A DNA stretch of 32,000 nucleotides. Origin: Cereibacter sphaeroides 2.4.1 (GTDB lineage: Bacteria; Pseudomonadota; Alphaproteobacteria; Rhodobacterales; Rhodobacteraceae). Positions 9,336 to 17,885 of this stretch are shown here, piece by piece. Under the pieces are notes generated by a model, which had not been told where the DNA came from, did no database searches, and was given only the letters and a program-made list of their open reading frames with translations. Position numbers and translations under genes: made by a program. The stretch spans positions 1,560,001 to 1,592,000 of the forward strand of contig NC_007493.2 of NCBI RefSeq assembly GCF_000012905.2, written 5' to 3'. How positions within the stretch are numbered: position 1 is the first letter of the stretch; each line of letters starts with the position of its first letter.

Positions 9336-9467
9336 ATGACTCAGGAAGCCTCACCCGTCCAGCCGCAGCAGGGCAGCACGCCCGCGTCGCCGCAGATGGG
9401 TGGCGCCGAAACCGTTCGCCGGCCCGATCCGGCGCGTCCGGTGTTCAACGACTGGGCCTCGATCTGA
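9336..9467 (+). CDS. Hypothetical small protein of 43 aa, below the ORF-track size cutoff
   Basis: My translation is MTQEASPVQPQQGSTPASPQMGGAETVRRPDPARPVFNDWASI. GGAG (9325-9328) lies 7 nt before the ATG. An in-frame TAA sits at 9300-9302. 35 of 43 codons end in G or C. An intrinsic terminator follows 20 nt after the stop. Confidence 0.6.
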   Translation: MTQEASPVQPQQGSTPASPQMGGAETVRRPDPARPVFNDWASI

Positions 9468-9484
9468 GGCACCCCAGGCGGAAG

Positions 9485-9520
9485 AAAAGGGGCCGGCGCC
9501 TGCGCCGGCCTTTTTCTTTT
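9485..9520 (+). terminator. Rho-independent terminator
   Basis: An A-rich lead-in (AAAAGG) precedes stem GGCCGGCG (9491-9498), loop CCTG, and stem CGCCGGCC (9503-9510). The tail is TTTTTCTTTT (9511-9520). Confidence 0.8.
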
Positions 9521-9614
9521 CCGGAAGATGTCCGGTCACGGATGGCCCCGCGCGAGGCGCAGAAGCGCGTTCCCTCTAGCCTCTTCAGAAAGATGACCTG
9601 CCCGTCGAATGAAG

Positions 9615-9689
9615 AAGGCCGGGACGAGCCCGGCCTTCCTCTCAGGACACAGTCTCCGGGCGAAGGCGCGGGATCGACCCTCCCGCGCC
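9615..9689 (-). terminator. Two tandem hairpins downstream of ndk
   Basis: The first is a perfect 9-bp stem, GGCGCGGGA (9665-9673) with TCCCGCGCC (9681-9689). The second is a 9-bp stem, AAGGCCGGG (9615-9623) with CCCGGCCTT (9629-9637), followed on the minus strand by CTTCATTC. Confidence 0.5.
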
Positions 9690-9700
9690 CGCCGCAGGCC

Positions 9701-10123
9701 TCAGCCGACGAGTTCGAGGCCCGAGAAGAAGAAGGCGATCTCTTCGGCCGCGGTTTCCGGCGCATCCGAGCCGTGGACCGAGTTCTCGCCGACCGACAGC
9801 GCGAATTCCTTGCGGATCGTGCCCGCATCGGCATTGGCCGGGTTGGTCGCGCCCATCACTTCGCGGTTCTTCGCGATGGCGCCTTCGCCTTCCAGCACCT
9901 GCACGACCACCGGCTCGGACGCCATGAATTCGGTCAGTTCGCCGAAGAAGGGGCGGTCCTTGTGGACGCCGTAGAACTTCTGCGCCTGAGCGAGCGACAG
10001 GTGGATGCGCTTCTGCGCCACGATGCGCAGGCCGGCTTCCTCGAACTTGGCGTTGATCTTGCCGGTCAGGTTGCGGCGGGTGGCGTCGGGCTTGATGATC
10101 GACAGGGTGCGTTCGATGGCCAT
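9701..10123 (-). CDS. ndk: Nucleoside-diphosphate kinase
   Basis: 140 aa, [38 protein letters not shown]...[20 protein letters not shown], including the active-site His in NSVHGSD. The SD AGGAGA lies upstream. The track ORF is over-extended to 10270. Confidence 0.96.
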   Translation of the reverse strand: MAIERTLSIIKPDATRRNLTGKINAKFEEAGLRIVAQKRIHLSLAQAQKFYGVHKDRPFFGELTEFMASEPVVVQVLEGEGAIAKNREVMGATNPANADAGTIRKEFALSVGENSVHGSDAPETAAEEIAFFFSGLELVG

Positions 10124-10214
10124 GAAGGCTCTCCTCGGAAGGGTGTAACTCTGGGCGCGGGCCTTACCATGGGTGCCATCGCGACAAAAGGGGCAAAGGG
10201 GCCGCCCGGCGGCG

Positions 10215-10243
10215 TTGACAGCCCGAGCGGGGCGGTCCATCAC
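10215..10243 (+). promoter_or_regulatory. Candidate sigma70-type promoter placed to give a leaderless abcF mRNA
   Basis: It has a consensus -35 TTGACA (10215-10220), a 17-bp spacer, then CATCAC (10238-10243). The ATG at 10251 lies 7 nt further on. There is no SD in between. Confidence 0.5.
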
Positions 10244-10250
10244 CCTGCCC

Positions 10251-12098
10251 ATGCTGCGCATTTCGGACATCTCCTACTCGGTCGAGGGACGGCCGCTCTT
10301 TCAGGGCGCCTCCGCTACGATTCCCACCGGCCACAAGGTCGGCCTCGTCGGCCGTAACGGCACCGGCAAGACCACGCTCTTCCGGCTGATCCGGGGCGAG
10401 CTCGCGCTGGAAGGGGGCGAGATCGCCCTGCCCGCCCGCTCGCGCATCGGCGGCGTGGCGCAGGAGGTGCCCTCCTCCTCGACTTCGCTTCTCGACACGG
10501 TGCTGGCCGCCGATACCGAACGCGCCGCGCTGATGGAGGAGGCCGAGACCGCCACCGATCCGCACCGGATCGCCGAGATCCAGCATCGTCTGGCCGATAT
10601 CGACGCCTGGTCGGCCGAGGGCCGCGCCTCGGCGATCCTGAAGGGGCTGGGTTTCGACGCCGAGGCGCAGCTTCGCCCCTGCTCCGACTTCTCGGGCGGC
10701 TGGCGGATGCGCGTGGCGCTGGCGGGCGTCCTGTTCGCCCAGCCGGACCTGCTCCTCCTTGACGAGCCTACCAACTACCTCGACCTCGAAGGCGCGCTCT
10801 GGCTCGAGAGCTACCTGCAGAAATATCCGCACACCGTGCTCATCATCTCGCACGACCGCGGGCTCTTGAACCGCGCGGTGCAGGGCATCCTGCATCTCGA
10901 CCAGAAGAAGCTGACCTACTGGACCGGCCCCTACGACCAGTTCGCCCGCCAGATGGCCGAGAAGCGCGCCGTGCAGGCCGCCGAAGCCAAGAAACAGGAG
11001 GCCCGCCGGGCCCACCTGCAGAGCTTCGTCGACCGGTTCAAGGCCAAGGCCTCGAAGGCGGTGCAGGCCCAGAGCCGGGTGAAGATGCTCGAGAAGATGA
11101 CGCCGATCACGCCGCCCGAAGAGGCGAAGCGGCAGGTCTTCACCTTCCCCAAGCCCGAGGAACTGTCGCCGCCCATCATCACGATGGAGGGCGTGTCGGT
11201 CGGCTACGATGGCCCGCCCGTGCTCCGCCGCCTGAGCCTGCGGATCGACCAGGACGACCGGATCGCCCTTCTCGGCCGCAACGGCGAGGGCAAGTCCACA
11301 CTCTCGAAGCTGCTCGCCGGCAAGCTTGCGGCGCAGGAGGGGCGGATGGTCAGCTCCTCGAAGCTGCGCATCGGCTATTTCGCCCAGCATCAGGTGGACG
11401 AACTCCACATCGAAGAGACGCCGCTCCAGCATGTGATGCGCCTGCGCCCCGACGAGGGCCAGCCGCGGCTGCGCGCCCGTCTCGCGGGCTTCGGGCTGAT
11501 GGCCGATCAGGCCGAGACCGCCGTGGGGCGGCTGTCGGGAGGGCAGAAGGCGCGGCTCTCGCTGCTCCTCGCCACCATCGATGCGCCGCACCTGCTGATC
11601 CTCGACGAGCCCACCAACCACCTCGACATGGAAAGCCGCGAGGCGCTGGTCGAGGCGCTCACCGAATATTCCGGCGCCGTGGTCCTCGTCAGCCACGACA
11701 TGCACCTGTTGGGCCTCGTGGCCGACCGGCTCTGGCTGGTGAAGGGCGGCGCGGTCGCCCCCTTCACCGAGGATCTCGAGGCCTACCGCCGCCAGCTTCT
11801 GGCGGGCGACGATCCGCCGCCCGAGAAGAAGGCCGAGAAGCCCGCGCCGAAGGCCGCCAGCCGCGAGGAGAAGCTCGCGCTGCGCGCCGAGGTGCGCCGC
11901 TGCGAGGAGCGGCTTGAGAAGCTGAACGGGATGCGCGACAAGCTTGCGACCAAGCTCGCCGATCCTGCGCTCTACGAGCCCGAGCGCCTGGGCGAGATGG
12001 AGACCTGGCAGAAGAAATATGCCGAAGTGATGGAGGGGCTCGACCGGGCCGAGGCGCTGTGGCTGACCGCGCAGGAGCGGCTCGAGGCGGCGGGCTGA
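10251..12098 (+). CDS. ABC-F family ATPase with two ABC domains and no TMD (translation-associated type)
   Basis: 615 aa starting [13 protein letters not shown]. There are two Walker A motifs (GRNGTGKTT and GRNGEGKST) and two signature motifs (FSGGWRMR and LSGGQKAR). An inter-domain linker and a C-terminal charged coiled-coil tail are present. Confidence 0.92.
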   Translation: MLRISDISYSVEGRPLFQGASATIPTGHKVGLVGRNGTGKTTLFRLIRGELALEGGEIALPARSRIGGVAQEVPSSSTSLLDTVLAADTERAALMEEAETATDPHRIAEIQHRLADIDAWSAEGRASAILKGLGFDAEAQLRPCSDFSGGWRMRVALAGVLFAQPDLLLLDEPTNYLDLEGALWLESYLQKYPHTVLIISHDRGLLNRAVQGILHLDQKKLTYWTGPYDQFARQMAEKRAVQAAEAKKQEARRAHLQSFVDRFKAKASKAVQAQSRVKMLEKMTPITPPEEAKRQVFTFPKPEELSPPIITMEGVSVGYDGPPVLRRLSLRIDQDDRIALLGRNGEGKSTLSKLLAGKLAAQEGRMVSSSKLRIGYFAQHQVDELHIEETPLQHVMRLRPDEGQPRLRARLAGFGLMADQAETAVGRLSGGQKARLSLLLATIDAPHLLILDEPTNHLDMESREALVEALTEYSGAVVLVSHDMHLLGLVADRLWLVKGGAVAPFTEDLEAYRRQLLAGDDPPPEKKAEKPAPKAASREEKLALRAEVRRCEERLEKLNGMRDKLATKLADPALYEPERLGEMETWQKKYAEVMEGLDRAEALWLTAQERLEAAG

Positions 12099-12101
12099 TC
12101 C

Positions 12102-12722
12102 ATGATCGAGACGGGCTTCCTCATCACCGCCTTCGCCACGCTCTTCGTGGTGGTCGATCCGCTGGGGCTGGTGCCGCTCTTCATCGCGCTGACGCCCGGC
12201 ATGACGCGCGAGGAGCGCCGCGCGATCGGCCTTCGCGCCTGCTTCGTGGCGGTGGGCATCCTCACCACCTTCGGCCTTCTCGGCGAGGCGGTGCTGGGCT
12301 TCATCGGCATCTCGATGTCCGCCTTCCGCATCGCGGGTGGGATCCTTCTGTTCCTCACCGCGCTCGACATGCTGTTCGAGCGCCGCACCCAGCGCCGCGA
12401 GGGCCAGACCGCGGCCGACCACGACCACGATCCGTCCGTCTTCCCGCTCGCCATCCCGCTCATCGCGGGCCCGGGCGCCATCGCCTCGATGATCCTGCTC
12501 GTGGGATCGGCCGAGGACTGGACGGGCGTTCTGGCCGTCCATCTGGTGATGCTGGTGACGGTGGCCTCGGCCTTCCTCCTGTTCCTCGTCGCAGGTCCGC
12601 TCGAGCGGCTGCTGGGCCGGATCGGCACGCTCGTCATCACCCGGCTTCTCGGCATGCTGCTCGCGGCCCTCTCGGTGCAGTTCGTGATCGACGGCATCCG
12701 CGGCTCGGGCCTGCTCGGCTGA
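12102..12722 (+). CDS. MarC-family (UPF0056) integral membrane protein
   Basis: 206 aa and multi-TM. The N-terminus FATLFVVVDPLGLVPLFIALT is typical of the MarC family. The start lies 3 nt after the abcF stop. Confidence 0.88.
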   Translation: MIETGFLITAFATLFVVVDPLGLVPLFIALTPGMTREERRAIGLRACFVAVGILTTFGLLGEAVLGFIGISMSAFRIAGGILLFLTALDMLFERRTQRREGQTAADHDHDPSVFPLAIPLIAGPGAIASMILLVGSAEDWTGVLAVHLVMLVTVASAFLLFLVAGPLERLLGRIGTLVITRLLGMLLAALSVQFVIDGIRGSGLLG

Positions 12723-12819
12723 GCCGGCGGAAGGCCGCGCCGGGCCACTTTCCGCCCCCGGGGGCTGGAGCATCCGCCGCCCCGGCCCCATATCCCGAGG
12801 CAGGGCTCCGGGAGACAAC

Positions 12820-13395
12820 ATGGACGGCGATCTGACGGCACGGCTGATCTATCTCGGGCTTCTCCTCACCGCGCTCGGCGCCTGGGTGCTGGTCGAATAT
12901 CGCGGCCGCCTCGGCGCGGCGATCCGCGCGGGCCTCGCCTGGGCGCTGATCTTCGTGGCGGTGCTCGCGGGTTATGGCCTCTGGCGCGACATCCGCAGCG
13001 ATCTCATCCCCACGCAGGCGGTGATGGAAGACAGCCGCATCGCGGTGCCCCGCGCGCGCGATGGCCACTATTATCTCACGCTCGAGGTGGCAGGCACGCC
13101 CATCCGCTTCATGGCCGATACGGGAGCCAGCTCCATCGTCCTCTCGCAGGCGGACGCCCGCAGGCTCGGGATCGAGCCGGACCGGCTCGACTACATGGGC
13201 GAGGCCATCACCGCGAACGGCCCGGTGCGCACGGCGCGGGTGCGGATCGGCCCGGTGGTCCTCGGCCCCTACAGCGAACAGCGCATCCCCGCCTGGGTCA
13301 ATGAAGGGCCGATGGACATGTCGCTTCTGGGCATGGATTATCTGCGCCGCTTCCGCATCGAGATCGCCGACGACCGGATGATCCTGAGCCGCTGA
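12820..13395 (+). CDS. Membrane-anchored retropepsin-like (clan AA, TIGR02281-type) aspartic protease
   Basis: 191 aa with two N-terminal TM helices followed by a single retropepsin lobe. The catalytic motif is FMADTGASSIVLS, and GMDYLRRF lies near the C-terminus. The SD is GGGAGA. Confidence 0.85.
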   Translation: MDGDLTARLIYLGLLLTALGAWVLVEYRGRLGAAIRAGLAWALIFVAVLAGYGLWRDIRSDLIPTQAVMEDSRIAVPRARDGHYYLTLEVAGTPIRFMADTGASSIVLSQADARRLGIEPDRLDYMGEAITANGPVRTARVRIGPVVLGPYSEQRIPAWVNEGPMDMSLLGMDYLRRFRIEIADDRMILSR

Positions 13396-13408
13396 CGGGT
13401 CCTCCGCC

Positions 13409-13855
13409 TCAGCCCGCCTCGGCCTTCTTCTCCCAGCGCCCGCTTTCCTCCGACCAGTATTGCGCCTTCACGCCGGCGCCGGTCAGCGCCTTCCACTGCC
13501 CGCGCGCCCGGGCAAGTTCCGCCTCGTCCAGCCCGTCGAACAGGATCCAGACCCGCTCGAGCGGCGCCGCCTCCGCAGCCTGCGTCTCGGCCCCGTCGAG
13601 CAGCATCAGCGCCTGCGCCCCGTTGCCGATCGCGCCGGTCCCGAGCAGCACCGGCTGCACCGCATCGTGCGGCCCGCCCTCCATCCCGTGCGGCAGAAAT
13701 CCCTCCTCCGGCACCCGCCAGAGCGCCAGATCCAGCGCCTCGAGCCGCACCCGGTCGGTCCCCCGCAGCATGACGCGCCACCCCTGCCCGAGCGCCCGCG
13801 GCAGCAGCAGCCGCAGCGTGTCCTCGGCCGAGGAACGCGTCAGGTGATAGAACAT
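13409..13855 (-). CDS. holC: DNA polymerase III chi subunit
   Basis: 148 aa from MFYHLTRS..., with the ATG at 13855-13853. It occupies the classical pepA-holC position and has chi-like length and N-terminus. Confidence 0.85.
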   Translation of the reverse strand: MFYHLTRSSAEDTLRLLLPRALGQGWRVMLRGTDRVRLEALDLALWRVPEEGFLPHGMEGGPHDAVQPVLLGTGAIGNGAQALMLLDGAETQAAEAAPLERVWILFDGLDEAELARARGQWKALTGAGVKAQYWSEESGRWEKKAEAG

Positions 13856-13970
13856 CACGACCCCCACGCGGCCCGCCTCTCCTTCAGTCTGGTCCAAATA
13901 TCCCGGGGTCCGGGGCAGAGCCCCGGCGGGTCGAACCGCCGGGACCCCTCCGGTCCCGGCGCGCCCTGTC

Positions 13971-15440
13971 TCACGTCTCCAGCATGTCCCGGATCATCCG
14001 GTCGAGCGCCAGCACCCCCCAGCCGGTGGCGCCCTTCGGCGCCAGCGCCGTGTCCGATTTCAGCAGCGCCGTGCCCGCGATGTCGAGATGGATCCAGGGC
14101 GTCTCGGGCTTCACGAAGCGGCGCAGGAAATGGGCCGCGGTGATCGAGCCCGCCTCGCGCCCGCAGGAGTTGCGCATGTCCGCGATCCGCGACTTCAGCA
14201 TCTCGTCGTAGCGCTCGCCCATCGGCATCCGCCAGGCGCCCTCGCCCTCCGCCTCGGCCGCCTTCAGGAAGGCGCCGCAGAAGGCATCGTCGTTCGAGAA
14301 GACGCCCGTGTTCTCGTGGCCGAGCGCCACGATGATGGCCCCCGTCAGGGTCGCCAGATCGACGATGCCGCGCGGCTGGAAACGCTCCTGCGCATACCAG
14401 AGCACGTCGGCCAGCACGAGGCGGCCTTCGGCGTCGGTGTTGATGACCTCGATCGTGTCGCCCTTCATCGAGCGCACCACGTCGCCCGGACGCTGCGCAT
14501 TGCCGTCGGGCATGTTCTCGACGATGCCCACGAGCCCCACGACATTGGCCCGCGCCTTGCGCATGGCGAGCGTGCGCATGACGCCCGCGACCACCGCCGC
14601 GCCGCCCATGTCCATGGTCATGTCTTCCATGCCGCCCGCGGGCTTGATCGAGATGCCCCCGGTGTCGAAGACCACGCCCTTGCCCACGAGCGCCAGCGGC
14701 ACCTGATCCTCGGGCCCGCCCTTCCACTGCATGACGACGAGCTTCGAAGGATGTTCGGAGCCCTGCCCCACGCCCAGAAGCGCGCGCATCCCGAGCTTCT
14801 CCATCTCCTCTTCCTCGAGGATCTCCACCTCGAGGCCGAGCTCGTGCATCGCCGCAAGCCGCGCCGCGAAATCGAAGGTCGAGAGCACGTTCGCGGGCTC
14901 GTTCACCAGATCGCGGGTGAAGAAGATCCCCTCGGCCAGCGCCGCCATCGGGCCTGCCTCGGCCGCCACCGCCTCGGGGTTGGCCGCCATCAGCGTCACC
15001 GGCCCCGGCAGGCTCTTCTCGCCCGTCTTGTGCGGCGTGAAGTCATAGGCCCGGAGCGCGATGCCGAACGAGACATCGGCCGCCCGCTGGATCGTGTCGG
15101 CCAGCACCAGGGTGCCCACCTTCGAGAGCGCCCGCCCGATGGTGCCGCCCGCCTTCCGCGCAGCGGCCTTGTCGGTGCGCCGCTCGAGCTTCACGAGCTG
15201 AACCGCATCGGCCGCGAGACCCACGGGAAAGCCCAGCTCCATCGCATCGCCCTGCTTCAGCTTGCCGAAGGCTTCCGAGCCTGCGGCCCGCTCGAGCGCG
15301 CCCCGCATCAGGCGGTTCACCTTCTTGGCCGCCGCGCCCATCGTGCCTCCCTCGCCCGCGAAAACCACGATGCGACCGGCAACGCCGGCCAGGGCGTCGA
15401 GGTCGAGCCCCTGGAACTGGATGGGAACGGGATGGGTCAT
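13971..15440 (-). CDS. pepA: Leucyl aminopeptidase (M17)
   Basis: 489 aa from MTHPVPIQF. The M17 signature NTDAEGRLVLAD and the block VGKGVVFDTGGISIKP are present. The track ORF is over-extended to 15644. Confidence 0.95.
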   Translation of the reverse strand: MTHPVPIQFQGLDLDALAGVAGRIVVFAGEGGTMGAAAKKVNRLMRGALERAAGSEAFGKLKQGDAMELGFPVGLAADAVQLVKLERRTDKAAARKAGGTIGRALSKVGTLVLADTIQRAADVSFGIALRAYDFTPHKTGEKSLPGPVTLMAANPEAVAAEAGPMAALAEGIFFTRDLVNEPANVLSTFDFAARLAAMHELGLEVEILEEEEMEKLGMRALLGVGQGSEHPSKLVVMQWKGGPEDQVPLALVGKGVVFDTGGISIKPAGGMEDMTMDMGGAAVVAGVMRTLAMRKARANVVGLVGIVENMPDGNAQRPGDVVRSMKGDTIEVINTDAEGRLVLADVLWYAQERFQPRGIVDLATLTGAIIVALGHENTGVFSNDDAFCGAFLKAAEAEGEGAWRMPMGERYDEMLKSRIADMRNSCGREAGSITAAHFLRRFVKPETPWIHLDIAGTALLKSDTALAPKGATGWGVLALDRMIRDMLET

Positions 15441-15663
15441 CAGATAACTCCGCTGCAACGCTCGGCGCCACCGCGCCGTTGATGGACAGGCGCCGGAGCG
15501 CCGGAGGGACGGGGCCGGATCGCGGCGGATGCCGCAGCGCCGGCCGTTCTGTGCGCCGAGGCTAGCCCCTGCCCCGCCCGAGCGCCAGATACCAGTTTTC
15601 CCCGGCGGCGATTTCCGGTAGCGTCCCGGAAACCCCGGGGACAACGGACAGGACGAGCGAGGC

Positions 15664-16794
15664 GTGGCTAGATTCGACAGATATCTCCTGTCGCAACTCG
15701 TGGCGCTGTTCGGCTTCTTTTCGCTGGTTCTGGTGCTCGTCTACTGGATCAATCGCGCCGTCGGCCTGTTCGACGACCTGATCTCGGACGGCCAGTCGGC
15801 GCTGGTCTTCCTCGAATTCTCGCTCCTCGCGCTGCCCAACGTGATCCGGCTCGTGCTGCCGCTCTCGGCCTTCGCGGCCACGATCTATGTCGTGAACCGC
15901 CTGAGCCAGGAATCGGAACTGGTGGTGATGCAGGCCACGGGCTTCTCGGCCTTCCGCCTCGCGCGGCCGGTGATCTGGTTCGGGCTGATCGTGGCGCTCA
16001 TGATGATCGTGCTGATGAACCTGCTGGTGCCCGCCAGCCGCGCGACCCTCTCGGCCCGTTCGGCCGAGATCTCGCAGAATGCGACCGCCCGCTTCCTGCG
16101 TGATGGCGAGTTCCTGCATCCCGCCGACGGGGTGACGCTCTATATCCGCGAGGTGACCGAGACGGGCGAGCTGCGGGACCTGCTGCTCGTGGACGACCGC
16201 GACCCTGCGCGCTCGACCGCCTATACGGCGCGACGCGCGCTGCTCGTGCGCACCGACACGACACCGAAGCTTCTGATGATCGACGGCAGCGCCCAGACCC
16301 TCACCCGCGAGGGGCGCAGGCTCGAGCTCACCCGGTTCGACGATGTGACCTACGATCTCGGCGCCTTCATGACGGGCTCGGGCCCGAAGCGCCGCGTGCT
16401 CGAGGAACTGCCGACGATGACGCTCCTCGCCCCCACGGCAGAGGTGCTGGAAGAGACGCGCTCGACCCGCGCCGCGGCGCTCTACGAAGGGCACAGCCGG
16501 ATCGGCCAGCCGTTCCTCGGGTTCGCCTCCTCGCTGATCGGCTTTGCGGCGCTGCTGCTCGGCAGCTTCAGCCGCTTCGGTCTCTGGTGGCAGATCCTGT
16601 TCGCCGTGCTCCTCCTGATCGTCGTGCAGACCATCAACGTGGCGGCCTCGGGCGTGGGCGTGACCGACGAGCAGCTCTGGCCGCTCGCCTATGCCGCCCC
16701 CGTCACCGGCTTCGCGATCGGGATCCTCCTGCTCTGGATCGGACAACGGCCGCGGCGGCTCCGGCGTGCGCTGAACGGGATCTTCGCCTCATGA
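15664..16794 (+). CDS. lptF: LPS export ABC transporter permease LptF
   Basis: 376 aa with a GTG start. The sequence MARFDRYLLSQL... shows the YjgP/YjgQ permease pattern. The gene is divergent from pepA as in many Proteobacteria. Confidence 0.9.
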   Translation: MARFDRYLLSQLVALFGFFSLVLVLVYWINRAVGLFDDLISDGQSALVFLEFSLLALPNVIRLVLPLSAFAATIYVVNRLSQESELVVMQATGFSAFRLARPVIWFGLIVALMMIVLMNLLVPASRATLSARSAEISQNATARFLRDGEFLHPADGVTLYIREVTETGELRDLLLVDDRDPARSTAYTARRALLVRTDTTPKLLMIDGSAQTLTREGRRLELTRFDDVTYDLGAFMTGSGPKRRVLEELPTMTLLAPTAEVLEETRSTRAAALYEGHSRIGQPFLGFASSLIGFAALLLGSFSRFGLWWQILFAVLLLIVVQTINVAASGVGVTDEQLWPLAYAAPVTGFAIGILLLWIGQRPRRLRRALNGIFAS

Positions 16795-17885
16795 TCCTGT
16801 CACGCTACATCGCCCGACGCTTCCTGCGCATGGTGTTCATCGTCTTCCTGGCCTTCTTCGGCCTGATGATGCTGATCGACGTGCTGGATCAGATGCGCCG
16901 CTTTTCGGATGAGGGCATCACCCTCGTGCAGGCGGGGCTCCTGTCGCTCCTGCGCGTGCCGGCCACGCTCTATACCATCCTGCCGCTGATCGTGATCCTC
17001 GCTGCCGTCGCGCTCTTCCTCGGCCTTGCCCGGTCGAGCGAGCTTGTGGTGGTGCGCGCGGCGGGCCGGTCGGGGCTGCGCTTCCTCGTGGCCCCGATGG
17101 TGGTGGCGCTGGCGCTCGGCACGGTGGCGGTGACGGTGCTGAACCCGATCGTCGCGGGCACCTCGCGGCAGTATGATGCCGCAGCGGGCCGGCTCGCCCG
17201 GGGCGAGGCGAGCATCCTGTCGATCTCGAAGGAAGGGCTCTGGCTGCGGCAGGGCGGATCGGGCGAGCAGACGGTGATCCATGCCCTGCGCTCGAACACC
17301 GACGGCACCCGGCTCTATGCGGTGACCTTCCTTACCTTCGACGCCGAGGGCCGGCCCACCGGGCGGATCGCCGCCGAGCAGGCGGCGCTGGAGCGCGGCT
17401 ACTGGCAGCTCTCGGGCGCGAAGAGCTGGGATCTGACCGAAGCCAATCCCGAGGCGCGCGCGGGCCTGCCCGGCAACCTCCGCGTCACCTCCGAGCTCAC
17501 GCGCGAGGGGATCCAGGACAGTTTCGGCGATCCCTCGGCCATCCCGATCTGGGAGCTTCCGGCCTATGTGGCGGGGCTCGAGCGCGCGGGCTTCTCGGCC
17601 CGCAAGCACCGGGTCTGGATGCAGATGGAATTCGCCCTCCCCGCGACGCTTGCCGCCATGGTGCTGGTGGCCGCGGGCTTCACCATGCGCCACAGCCGCT
17701 TCGGCGGCACGGGCCGCATGGTCCTTCTCGCCCTTCTGGGCGGCTTCAGCCTGTTCTTCCTGCGCAACTTCGCACAGGTGCTGGGAGAGAACGGACAGAT
17801 CCCCATCCTGCTCGCCGCCTGGAGCCCGCCGCTGATCGGCGTCATGGGCTCGCTCGGCCTGCTTCTGCATCTCGAGGACGGCTGA
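16791..17885 (+). CDS. lptG: LPS export ABC transporter permease LptG
   Basis: 364 aa from MILSRYIARRFL. Its ATG overlaps the lptF stop (ATGA at 16791-16794). Confidence 0.9.
   Translation: MILSRYIARRFLRMVFIVFLAFFGLMMLIDVLDQMRRFSDEGITLVQAGLLSLLRVPATLYTILPLIVILAAVALFLGLARSSELVVVRAAGRSGLRFLVAPMVVALALGTVAVTVLNPIVAGTSRQYDAAAGRLARGEASILSISKEGLWLRQGGSGEQTVIHALRSNTDGTRLYAVTFLTFDAEGRPTGRIAAEQAALERGYWQLSGAKSWDLTEANPEARAGLPGNLRVTSELTREGIQDSFGDPSAIPIWELPAYVAGLERAGFSARKHRVWMQMEFALPATLAAMVLVAAGFTMRHSRFGGTGRMVLLALLGGFSLFFLRNFAQVLGENGQIPILLAAWSPPLIGVMGSLGLLLHLEDG

Noticed and set aside
10164-12821. 885-aa minus-strand ORF
   Set aside because: It is antisense to the well-supported abcF and marC genes. The sequence is low-complexity and rich in Arg, Gly, Glu and His, with no motifs.
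15441-15644. N-terminal extensions of several track ORFs: pepA here, and likewise prfA to 26953, ndk to 10270, DUF4167 to 24633, mazG from 29631, lptG from 16587 and rsmA from 21490
   Set aside because: The extensions are compositionally abnormal. Internal starts with an SD, a signal peptide or a stop-start overlap match the expected family lengths.
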